Source: Chiloscyllium plagiosum
Lineage: Eukaryota
DNA length: 41,429 bases
Assembly: GCF_004010195.1 (NCBI RefSeq)
Contig: NC_057718.1
Coordinates: 33,859,961-33,901,389 of the forward strand
Reading direction: 5' to 3'
In this document: positions 24,365-35,080 of the stretch, in pieces
Layout of the letters: each line of letters begins with the position of its first letter
Position numbering within the stretch: position 1 is the first letter of the stretch
Notes under the pieces: model-generated
Database searches by the model: none
Seen by the model: only the letters and a program-made list of their open reading frames with translations
What the model was told of the DNA's origin: nothing
Position numbers and translations under genes: made by a program

Positions 24365-25250
24365 TCTTATTGAAAATTTACAAAATTTTTACAATGCTTG
24401 ACAGAATAAATATGGATAGAATATTTTCCTTGATTGGTGAGTTTAGAAGCAGAGTACACTATCTCATAATAAGGGCAAGCCATTTAAGATTTGGTGAACC
24501 AAATAGCCTACTCCTCCTATTTCCATATATAGTTACTATCTTTCCTTCTAAAATGTAATACTTTACAATTATCCACAAAACATTACATTTTAATTCTGCC
24601 TCCCAACTTCTTAAGTTTTCTTGAACCTTTATTCCTTAAGGAATGATATCCTGTGTTGGTTAAACCTGCTATTGTTGAGTTGGCAACAAATGTTGATGAT
24701 GTGCTCCCTTCACAAGAAAGTTCAGCATAACCATCATTGCACCCCCTTCTTAAACATTTTGATTCAATTTGGCTACGCCTGAATGTTTGGATAAAGAATG
24801 AACGATATTCTAATACTCTTAAAATGTAAGACAGATCAGGGAATATTATCACTTAATTTGACATAGAGAGAAAACTTAGCTCAAGAATGTATAAAAAGTG
24901 CAGATAAAGTTTAGAAGAGTGGTTTTAGGGATGAGCAACGTTAATTTTGTTGATAGGTTGGAGAAGCTATGACTGTTCTTGAAGAAGAGAAAGTTGAGAC
25001 ATTTAATAGACAGATTCAAAATCATGACGTCTGGATAGCATAGACTGCAACTGTTTTCTTTGGCACTGGGGCAGAAAACCAAAGAGCATAGATTTAAATT
25101 AATTGACAAAAGAACCAAAGACAACATGAGCAAACCGTTTTTACACAACTGTTGGTTCAGAACTGGAATGCACTGCCTAGAGGGTTGTGGAGGTATGTTC
25201 AGTTGTCATTTTCAAAAGGGAATTGGATAAATGCTTGAAGATATTAAAAT
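24365..25250 (+). mobile_element. Degenerate CR1 3' fragments (24365-24530 and 24855-25250)
   Basis: LLKIYKIFTMLDRINMDRIFSL; tttttacacaactgttggttcagaactggaatgcactgcc (FF.Q..V..WNALP-like). Confidence 0.6.
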
Positions 25251-26754
25251 TCTGTGCTGTAACCATTCTATGATTCCATAATGCTATACTCCATAAGGCC
25301 CATGTCAGCAGGAGCTGTGGAATATCCGTATCCTGAAGCCAGTTGTTCACACTGGCCTGCTGCAAGAAACCAACAAAGCACAAACTGGGAATTAAACCTT
25401 ACCATTTTAGCCATTCATTCGTTTTTGAAACAATGTTTACTTCAACAAATCTGTGTTGTTTTAACCATGCATTCTTAAATGTATGTTTATTTAACTTGGA
25501 TATTTGGCAAAGGTGTCTTTCAACAAAAGACAAGTTGTCTTCCCAAATATTAGGGAAGGATAGTCATATAAAGGGTTGGAGGTGTATGGCTAATCTCAGC
25601 TCATTGTTGAACAGTGCTTTTCTTTACACTGCAAACCATGCCAATTGCTTTGTAATATGTCTGAATGGTTCAATTTTACATTCCTGTAAGAGCAATAAAT
25701 GTGTTTAATGAGGGAAACCCACCAATTAATTTTTTGTATATATTATCCTGGGAGAGGACAATGTTGACAGTGCTACATTTGTTGACACCCGTTGTAGCCT
25801 GCAAAAGTGGTGATGACTTTCACGTTGAAGTGCTGTCGCCCTTGTTTTGTTGGTATTTCCATGAATGTGTTAAATAGGAAAATTCAGGAGATTGCAGTGA
25901 TGATGAACTGTTGGTGTATGTGCAAGCTAGGACGATATCTGACTTGGAGAGACTAGACGTGGTGCTGTTCCCATCATGTTGATGTCCTGGTTTGGCTTGT
26001 TGATTGAGGCCCGTGGAAAGAAGCTGTGGTCAGTACTATTTGATAGTGCAACTGTGTATGCTGTAGATCATATATATTGCAACCACAGTCTGTTCATGGT
26101 AGAGGTGGGTGTGGATTTGAATGTGAGGGTCTCCAGTCAAGAAAACTCTTTTGGAATACAGTAACATGGCTAGTATTGAAATAACTACCTCACAAAAAGC
26201 CTTTGGATTTCCTGATTGTTATCCCATGTAGCAACTTGGAGCAACAACAACAGAATTATTGCTCCTCTCAGGAACTCTGTAGAAATTGTATCTGTTGCAC
26301 TTTCAAAGCATTCTTTTCTGTGTATCTTTTCTATTTCTGTCATCATCATGAAATCTCGTAGCAATTTCCCTTTGTTCATTTTATCTTTCTGTGCTTGTCA
26401 AAGTTTGTAAAGTGAATACAGATCTTGTCTGTCTTATTCACCTTCTTTTCCAGTTCAACAATCATGTATACAGTCCCTGAATCAATAGCCAAGAGCACAT
26501 TGTTGACTTTAAGAATAAACAATGAAGGCACACCACCATGACAGACTTAAGTTATATAGTGACGTTTGAAAAAGTCTTGTTTGCTGCACTTTCGTGTTGC
26601 TAAGAGAATTAGCAAATGTTTGCATTGGGATTACCAACTTTGAGCTCTTATTACTGAAGTAGAATAAGGAGCTCAGTTGCAAAGTTCAACAGAAGTTTTA
26701 TTCCTGCAATCTGGAGATTTGTAGACTTAAAATAGTTGTGAATTATACATATTC

Positions 26755-27303
26755 AGAACATAGAACAGTACAGCACAGGAACTGGCCCGTCAGTCCACAA
26801 TGTTGTGCCGAACATGATGCCAAATGAAACTAATCCCTTTTGCCTGCCCTAGGTCTATATTCCTCCATTCCTTGCATATTCATGTGCTTATCTAAAAGTC
26901 CCTTAAACACCCTTATTGTATCTGCAACAACCAATACCCCGGCAGTGCGTTCCAGACTCCTTCTAATCTCTGTGTAAAAAAACTTGCTCCTCATATCTCC
27001 TTTGAACTTCCCCCTTCACCTTAAATCATACCCCTCCCTCCCCCTAGTATTAGATATTTCAACTCTTGGAAAATTATTTTGACCGTCAACCCTATCTATG
27101 CCTCTCAATTTTATAGACTCCTGTCAGGTTTCCCTTCAGCCTCTCCCCTCAAGAGAAAAGAAACTGAGTTTTTGTAGCCTCTGCTTAGAGCTCATACCCT
27201 CTAATCCTGGTAAAACACTCTTGCACCCCGTCCAAAGCCTCCGCATCCTTCTGGTAGTGACCAGAACTGAACGCTAAGTCTTACGAAGCTGCAATATGGC
27301 ATC
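26755..27303 (-). mobile_element. CR1 LINE 3' fragment
   Basis: Tail agaacatagaacagtacagcacagg, colinear with 21018-21570. Confidence 0.85.
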
Positions 27304-27304
27304 C

Positions 27305-27372
27305 TGCTGGAAAAGCTCAGCAGGTCTGGCAGCACCTGTGAAGAGAAATCAAAGATAATGTTTTGGGTTCGG
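27305..27372 (-). mobile_element. PLE terminal fragment (family C)
   Basis: tgctggaaaagctcagcaggtctggcagcacctgtgaagagaaatca matches 30329-30375. Confidence 0.6.
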
Positions 27373-27630
27373 TGGAGATTTAATTTTGTTTTACTTTTTT
27401 CTGTCTGCTATATATAATAAATATATATTGTATACTCTATCCTCTCTCATATCCCATCTTAATTTCCCTTTTATTATATTCTGTGCATGATTTGACATTG
27501 ATTTTCAATATTTTAATTTACACTTCCAATTTTGCCTCAGTAAGGATTGCTTAGCACGTTTTGAGAAGATTTGTAGCTCAGGTTGAGGTTCTGGATGTAG
27601 GATTGCTCGCTGAGCTGGAAGGTTCATTTT

Positions 27631-27670
27631 TCAGATGTTTCATCACCATACTAGGTAACATCTTCAGTGA
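27631..27670 (-). ncRNA. Minimal hammerhead ribozyme motif (family D), minus strand
   Basis: Minus strand: TCA-CTGAAGA-t-GTTACC-tagtat-GGTGAT-GAAA-CA-TC-TGA. Confidence 0.65.
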
Positions 27671-28336
27671 GCAATGAAGCACTGGTGGTATAGGCCGCTT
27701 TCTATTTATATGTTTGCATTTCTTTAGGTTGGTGATGTCATTTCCTATGGTGACATCATTTCCTATTCTTTTTCTCAGGGTAGATGGGATCCAAGTCAAT
27801 GTGTTTGTTGATAGTTCCGGTTGGAATGCCATGCTTCTAAGAATTCTCGTGCGTGTCGCTGTTTGGCTTGTCCTAGAATGGATGTGTTGTCCCAGTCGAA
27901 GTGGTGTCCTTCCTCATCCATATGTAAGGATACTAGTGAGAATGGGTCATGTCGTTTTGTGGCTAATTGATGTTCATGTATCCTCGTGGCTAGTTTTCTG
28001 CCTGTTTCTCCAATGTAGTGTTTGTTACATTTCTTGCAAGGTATTTTGTGGATGACATTAGTTTTGATTGCTGTCTGTATGGGATCTTTCAAGTTCATTA
28101 GCTGCTGTTTTAGTGTGTTGGTGGGTTTGTGGGCTACCATGATGCCAAGGGGTCTGAATAGGCATTCCAACCGGAACTCTATCAACAAATCCCATTTACC
28201 ACCCCCTGACAAAAATAACCAGAAATAACATCACCATAGGAAATGATGTCACCACAGGAAATGACATCACCAACCCAAGGAAACTCAAACATCTAAATAG
28301 AAAGCCAGATGCACCACCAGTGCTTCATTCAGAGGC

Positions 28337-28376
28337 TCACTGAAGATGTTACCTACTATGGTGACGAAAGGTCTGA
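28337..28376 (+). ncRNA. Minimal hammerhead ribozyme motif (family D), plus strand
   Basis: TCA-CTGAAGA(28340-28346)-t-GTTACC-tactat-GGTGAC-GAAA-GG-TC-TGA; 6-bp stem II and TCA/TGA stem I. Confidence 0.7.
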
Positions 28377-29364
28377 AATGAACCTTCCAGCTCAGCGAGC
28401 AAACCTACATCCAAGGATTGCTTAGTCTGATTGGCTAAGGCGATTCACAGTTATTTCTCCTGTACACAAGTTCCATATTTCCTATGGAGGGTACATAGCT
28501 GTTTTACCATTCAAATAGCTGATTTCCAGTGAAAAAGGCTAGAAACCAAAATCTGTGTGACAAAGCCTTCATTTGTTGCTGACTGCAAAATCAAGGCCAA
28601 TATCTTTCTGCACACATGCTTTCTACAACAAATGCACAAAACCTCTTCTTACTGTGCTTCGAAAACAGCAAACTTACAGCCTTAGATATTGCTGCTTAAA
28701 GATGCTTAATGTAGTTGACAAATTGTGCTTGATGAATCTTTGTGCAGATGGAGAAACTTTTCAGTCACAGCAAAAATGGAACAAATCCAGAAGTGTCTCC
28801 TGTGATTTTAGCATCTGTCATTTTCACAGCAGGGTGCAATGGGAGCATATTCACTGGGCAATTACTCATTAAAGTATAACTCCCAAGTTTTCGTCAGTTG
28901 GCTGTCTAATGCATGACGTTACATTTTAGATCTGATTGGAGAAGTTCTAACTTCCACAGCTACCTAGACTACACCTCCTCTCACCCTGCCCCCTGTAAAA
29001 ACGCCATCCCATATTCCCAATTCCTTCGTCTCCGCTGCATCTGCTCCCAGGAGGACCAGTTCCAATACGGAACAACCCAGATGGCCTCCTTCTTCAAAGA
29101 CCGCAATTTCCCCCCAGACATGGTTGACGATGCTGTCCATCACATATCCTCCACTTCCCGCTTCTCTGCCCTTGAGTCCCGCCCCTCCAATCGCCACCAG
29201 GACAGAACCCCACTGGTCCTCACCTACCACCCCACCAACCTCCAGATACATCGTATCATCCATCGTCATTTCAGCCACCTCCAAACGGACCCCACCACGA
29301 GAGATATATTTCCCTTCCCTCCCCTATCAGCGTTCCGAAAAGACCACTCCCTCCGTGACCCCCT

Positions 29365-29670
29365 NNNNNNNNNNNNNNNNNNNNNNNNNNNNNNNNNNNN
29401 NNNNNNNNNNNNNNNNNNNNNNNNNNNNNNNNNNNNNNNNNNNNNNNNNNNNNNNNNNNNNNNNNNNNNNNNNNNNNNNNNNNNNNNNNNNNNNNNNNNN
29501 NNNNNNNNNNNNNNNNNNNNNNNNNNNNNNNNNNNNNNNNNNNNNNNNNNNNNNNNNNNNNNNNNNNNNNNNNNNNNNNNNNNNNNNNNNNNNNNNNNNN
29601 NNNNNNNNNNNNNNNNNNNNNNNNNNNNNNNNNNNNNNNNNNNNNNNNNNNNNNNNNNNNNNNNNNNNNN
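29365..29670. other. Assembly gap (306 N)
   Basis: Run of N inside the PLE, where the GIY-YIG domain would be expected. Confidence 1.
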
Positions 29671-29782
29671 CACCTTATCACCCTCACCTTAACCTCCTTC
29701 CACCTATCGCATTTCCAATGCCCCTCCCCCAAGTCGCTCCTCTCTACCTTTTATCTTAGCCTGCTTGGCACACTTTCCTCAT

Positions 29783-29814
29783 TCCTGAAGATGGGCTCAT
29801 GCCCGAAATGTTGA
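29783..29814 (+). ncRNA. Hammerhead motif (family B) with CpG-decayed stem III and cleavage site
   Basis: TC-CTGAAGA(29785-29791)-t-GGGC-tcat-GCCC-GAAA-TG-TT-GA (CGTC changed to TGTT). Confidence 0.6.
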
Positions 29815-30310
29815 TTCTCCTGCTCCTTTGATGCTGCCTGACCTGCTGCGCTTTTCCAGCAACACATTTTCAGCTCTGATCTCCAGCATCTGCAGTCCTC
29901 ACTTTCTCCTAGAAGTTCTAACTTTACCAGAGTTCCTTGGATAGGCAAGATACCCTTTTGGATAGGGTCCTGGGACATGTTTTGCCTTTTGGTAATAGCT
30001 AAAATAGACATAAATATACCTAAAATACACATAAACATATTGCAATTGTCAGGTTCATTGGATCTGTTAAGAATTTAACATGAGATTTTAGCTGTCAAAG
30101 CATTTAAAACTCCTGCCTTTTTTGTTAACTGCCTACAGTGAGATATTTCACTGTCTATTGGTATTAGCCTGCAGGGTCTAGTTACAGGATTAGTGCTGCA
30201 TGCTTGATTTCACAACTTATGATATTGCATTAGGACACCAGTTAGTTTACTTTGGTAGAGAGCTCTAAATCACTATGTACTTGTTGAAGTGGGATTGAGA
30301 GTTCAAATAT

Positions 30311-30413
30311 AACAACAAAAATAGAAATTGCTGGAAAAGCTTAGCAGGTTTGGCAGCACCTATGGAGAGAAATCAGAGTTAACGTTTTGGGTCAAGTGAT
30401 CCTTCCTCAGAAT
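30311..30413 (-). mobile_element. PLE terminal fragment (family C) with degenerate hammerhead
   Basis: Minus strand: tt-CTGAGGA-aggatc-actt-gaccc-aAAA-cgttaa, then ctctgatttctctcc. Confidence 0.7.
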
Positions 30414-31053
30414 GGGAATAATTTACTCAATTGAATGCATGCTATTAGCTATCCCAATTTACCAACATAGCCCAGAGTAATATTAATCATATGCAAGTGC
30501 CTGGTTAGTTTCCTGCTTGAAACAGGTTTGAAACTGTGACTGGCCTTCAACTGAGAGTGGCTGATAGAAGCACCCGAAGAAATAGTTCATACGTGGTCAC
30601 GGAGGCTGTGGAGAGAGTGTTTACGTAGAGTTTTGCTACCAGGAGACGATGGGGTGACTTAGATTTTCCTCATAGTTCAGAAGGACACTCTCAGTTTGTT
30701 TCCATTAGAGAAGTTTGCAGATCTGCCGTACTAATCCAGTCTGGTTTACATTTCACTTTAGGCCCAGATCAACCCATTTGACTGTCAACTGCATCAAACC
30801 ACTTCACATACTAACAAGCAGTGGTTCAAGAAATAGGGCTACTACTGACTTGGGGAAACTAGGGATGGGAAATAATTGACGGTCTTGCTGGCAATATGTT
30901 TTGCGAAATAATTTTAATAATGTTTAAAAATTTGTCTCTATTAGACCCTAGTCTTATTTTAACAAGCTTCATCAGACAGAAAAGTTGTACATGCTTTCCC
31001 ACTCAGGTTACTGGCTAAAATAGCAGTTCATCTACATTAATGCCATTGATCCA

Positions 31054-31689
31054 TGTTATGGACTAGACCAAACTCCTTCAAAATATTGAGAAGATGGTCT
31101 TGACTCTTTTTATTAGTTTAAAGGTAAATATAAGATGCTGTGTTCCAGATGCAATTTGATTGATCAAACTACTCGATGTTAAGCAAAACACAATTTATTC
31201 AGACACTATACTTAAAATACAACAAAAGGAAGAAGAACTTGGAATAACTTAAATCTACTGGAAAACTTAACAGAATAATAGATTACTACTAAAGCTAACC
31301 GTTTCAATATCGTAAAATGCCAAAATACGCCTTTGGCAAAAGGCACATTCAGACAACTGAACTGACTCACATGCAACTCTCGCAGACCAGGAAGAAATGT
31401 ATTCAGAGAAAACTCAGAGAGAGTGTAGTAGCCAGAAGAGACTCACTGCAGCTTCCAACTCTGCTGAGACCCCAGCAACAATTGATGCTGAATGAGCTAA
31501 AAATCCTGTTTCTGTGAGAGCTTGACCATACCCATTCAGGCTGTTTCTGTTGTTATAATGTAAATAAAAACCTAAGACTGCACAAGCTGTTTGCTGAAAT
31601 GGTTTTGGTAGCCTGCTCAGCACCTCTGGCTTAAAAGCTTTATTTTAAGAGACAACAAAATAACCTGTTAAAGCCATAGTATTTTCACA
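31054..31689 (-). mobile_element. Probable solo LTR
   Basis: Begins TGTTA and ends TCACA; imperfect 4-bp flanks tcca/ccca; AATAAA on the minus strand near 31195. Confidence 0.45.
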
Positions 31690-32000
31690 CCCACAATGTA
31701 TGATTTTAAAATGTAGATCTTGTTGTTTTCAAACAAATGCCAATTTGAGCTGATTAAGATTGAACGTAGCAACATGGACAGGGTTGAAATTGTTTCAATC
31801 TTTAGGGCAAAATGCCTTGATTAAAGTGTTCCAAATGGAGCTGTGTTGGAAGCAGAACCTTTGGCTCTAAATGTAATATCTATGAAAGTTCTTAAAATTT
31901 ATCTTTAAAAATTGGTTTGATAAGTATTAGGATGATCATTCAAAAGCAAATTGCTTTCTATTTAGTTATGAAGCCTTAATTTGTAAATGCTTTCTTTCAG

Positions 32001-32431
32001 ACCCAGAGATCCTAAACTTCTGGCAGACTGCCCACAACATTATATTGGGATCAGAACTATTTACGAATGAGCAGAGGTTTTCTCCAGTGCCTGGATTGAT
32101 TCAGTGGCAAAGAAACATTACTAAACTAACATTGTCAGTATTGGGAATATCAGTTTCTCCACAAGCAATGTCATTGACACCAGATGCCATTCATAAGTTG
32201 ACTTCTGGAACTGCTGAAGTTGAATCCAGCCTGTTGCTTTCTCATCTCCTATGTTCAGAATTTCTTGAAGTACGTTTGCTGACCCTGGAAGCAGTGTTGT
32301 TGTGGCTGGAGGAGATGGATTCCAAACAGGTCAAAGAGACAAATGGGAATGTACTGTTCCTGTTATCACAAGTTGAGGACACTCTGAAAAAACTAGCAAT
32401 GCAGGAAAAACACCCAGAATGTCTTGCCAAG
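32001..32431 (+). CDS. THADA: THADA internal coding exon (431 nt, phase 1 to phase 0)
   Basis: Acceptor tttctttcag, donor AAG|gtaagg. Encodes (D)PEILNFWQTAHNIILGSELF...VPGL...LSHLLCSEFLEVRLLTLEA...LAMQEKHPECLAK, resembling THADA (FW...GSEL...VPGL...EVRSLTLEA...AMKENHPEC). Confidence 0.92.
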
Positions 32432-32749
32432 GTAAGGGATGATCTGATATAGTAACATGGAATATCAATGAGAAGTTCATAAGTAAATATTTCACATATA
32501 GCTTCTGTAAATTTTGCCAATAGCTTTGCAAATAAAATGAGAAAATAACCCAAGTACTTTTGTATGTAAAATGAAAAGTATGAATAAACTTGGTCAAACT
32601 AATGGACTAATAGAATGGATCACTTTATTAAACCAGTTAAGAGTTCAATCTGAAACCATAAGGTAAATTGATGTTGACATTTAGCTTGAAACACAAATGG
32701 AGTCTCTGTACAATTTTATAACTAACTACTGATATTTGAAATACTCTAG

Positions 32750-32874
32750 ATCCTGAAAATATTGTGCCATCTAAGTATAGATAGACTGTTTCCCTGGGTC
32801 GTGAATACATCAGTGATGAGTGAGGCCAAATTTCTCAAGTGGATCTTGTCAATAGCAGAAACTGGAAAAAACAG
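32750..32874 (+). CDS. THADA: THADA internal coding exon (125 nt, phase 0 to phase 2)
   Basis: Acceptor ctctag with a branch-point-like actaac at 32721-32726; donor AG|gtactc. Encodes ILKILCHLSIDRLFPWVVNTSVMSEAKFLKWILSIAETGKN, resembling THADA ILKILHCM...EFLIWTMDIAS. Confidence 0.85.
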
Positions 32875-33439
32875 GTACTCTTCTAATATTTTATTTCAGT
32901 TTAAGATGATGTTGAAATTTCAGCTACTTACTAGTTTGCCACTAGTCCACATTTTAATGAAAGATTTTAGCATGCCCATATCACTGTGGTTGTGTATATC
33001 ACCATATTTGTTACTATGTTCAAGGACTAGTTCAGAAATGTGGATCATCTTTGGAAAGTAGGTGTGGCATAAAGCTTAAAAATATGTTATTCTCAAGACT
33101 TTTTAAGTTTGCATTCGGGGAAACAGATACCATAGGAAGTTTGAGACCTTGAGCTTTATCACAAACACAGTTCTGTATTCAAAATCAACTAAGGTCAGAG
33201 ACAGGACTATCTGCCAATTCTGCACAACTAAACTTCTTGCATGACTGTTACATTAAATGTGCATTTATGTTATCTTTGTTATTTTTTGCTTTCATCCTAC
33301 TGCTGAAATATCTCTATTAGAGAATTTCTGAAAAACTGAAGTTCACTTTTGCAAGTCAGAAAGAGTCCTAGCTATATATCAAGACACACTCACAGGGACA
33401 GTGTCACAATCACATGCTGCACAAGAAGAGTATGTCAAG

Positions 33440-34460
33440 CTTAAAACATTGGATGCAGAATTAAGAGCATAGACCAAGATTATTTGGCTAATTGATGACC
33501 ACACTTCATCTTAGCCCATATCCTTAATACCTTGGGACAAAGTAAATCTGCCCACCTCAGATTTAATATAACAATTGACTTGGCATGGACCAAGTGTGAG
33601 TGCCAAATCTTTACCATCCTTTGGGTGTAGAAGTATTTCCTGACATTGCTGCTGAAAAATATGACTCTGGCTATTAAGCTATAACACCTAACTCTGAACA
33701 CCCCATTCAGTGAAATTGGGCTTGATAGAGAGAAATGATCAATTTCCTCTTGATATTTGAAACCTTGAATTAAATTACCTGAAAATCTTCTAACTTCCAG
33801 GGAGTACATTGCTAATTTTTGCACTGTTGTAATCCAGGCATGATTATGATAAGTCTATGCTGCACCCTTTCTAAGGTGAACATATTGTTCCTCAGGTATA
33901 ATGCTCAGAACAAAACATAATCATTCCAGGAATATAAATAGAACTGAAATATCAACTATTTTCTGTCTCTTTATAGGTGTTGCCAGAGCTGCTGAATGTT
34001 TGTGGCATTTTCTATTTATATCTCAGCATTCCAATGTTCACATTATTTTGATTATGTTTTTTAGTTACTGCTGTAGTCTAACTAGGGCTATGAATGGCAG
34101 TAGCATAAGCCCTATCCATTTGTATTCTAGTCCTGTAACTGTAAAGACTAGCACACCACTAGGCATGTATTCTCTGTGTCTGTCCATGATATTTAACTGT
34201 CTACATGCACAGACCCCACATCTCTTTAAACCTCCGTTTTGTTTTTCACTGTTTAGAAAATATTTTGATCTGACTTTTTTTAAGCTCAAATGTTGTTGAC
34301 CTCATTCTTGCCTATGTCAAAATCCATTGTCACAGTTTTGCTTATTCCACATAATCACTATCTCTTTGTAACGTCATGCTTCCATTCACATTGAGATTGG
34401 CAAACATGGGTATGTAACTCTCCAGTTTATCAAAGTCATTCATAAATATCTATAGTTGAG
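33440..34460 (-). mobile_element. Degenerate CR1 fragments
   Basis: Minus peptide KLAMYSLEVRRFSGNLIQGFK...RKYFYTQRMVKIWHS. Confidence 0.6.
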
Positions 34461-34489
34461 GCCTCAAAGGATGTGGAGTACCAAAGTGA

Positions 34490-35080
34490 AAACAAAATAT
34501 TACGGTTGTTGGAAACCTGAAATAAAATCAGAAAAAGCTGGAAATACCTAGCATGTCTGGCAACATCTGCAGAGAGTGAAGCAGTTAATGTTTCAGGTCA
34601 TGGAAATTTTGTCAGAACTGAAGGAACATCTAAATATAATATGGTTAATGCCTACATTAGATGGAAGTGGGCAGAAATGAAAGGGAATGTTGAAGAAGTG
34701 TATAGCAGAAGAGGTTATATGAAAGAAAGAGTTTATGTTACAAAAGCGAAGGGAGGAGTAATGGTTGTAGGAAAGAAATAAAATATTTTGCTAGAGTGGA
34801 TGTGAGTGGCAGAATAATGAACAGCTGTGTCCAAAAATAAAACATGGAAAGCAAGGATAAAACTACTACACACAAAAAAATCTGAAGTTAAGTGGGGCCA
34901 AAGTTTACGATTTAAAATTGTTAAACTCGATGTTGAGTCCAGAAGTATAGAGTACCTAATCAGAAAATGAGGTACTATTCATTGAGATTCATTAGAGCAC
35001 TGCAAATTGGTGAGAGTGAAGATGGAGAGTAAAGTGGAGAGTTAAAAAGACAAGCAACTAGAAACACAGAATCGTGCTTG
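34490..35080 (-). mobile_element. Old PLE 3' end with GIY-YIG C-terminal remnant and decayed hammerhead
   Basis: Minus strand ~34913-34980 gives E*YLIF*LGTL...GLNIEFNNF (frameshifted). The terminus ttctgacaaaa...gacctgaaacattaac is followed by a family B/C-like tail. Confidence 0.6.

Larger units (their letters stand above)
27555..28412 (-). mobile_element. 5'-truncated Penelope/Poseidon-type PLE (family D) with GIY-YIG ORF fragment and inverted terminal repeat; 13-bp TSD
   Basis: Minus ORF NVIHKIPCKKCNKHYIGETGRKLATRIHEH...AREFLEAWHS (GIY-YIG). Inverted arms ~27592-27830 / 28161-28412. TSD aaggattgcttag at 27542-27554 and 28413-28425. Confidence 0.93.
28954..29910 (+). mobile_element. 5'-truncated PLE (family B) with RT C-terminal region and hammerhead terminus; 14-bp TSD
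   Basis: HSYLDYTSSHPAPCKNAIPYSQFLRLRCICS...PLVLTYHP is typical of the PLE RT thumb/linker. TSD agaagttctaactt at 28940-28953 and 29911-29924. The terminus matches the 21845 and 22687 elements. Confidence 0.92.

Noticed and set aside
29124..29759. Long ORFs spanning the N run
   Set aside because: Their length is inflated by the assembly gap; only the PLE frame before the gap is meaningful.
33961..34000. Strong-looking acceptor ttctgtctctttatag as the next THADA exon
   Set aside because: The required phase-2 frame hits TGA after five codons, and the sequence resembles a PLE terminal remnant.
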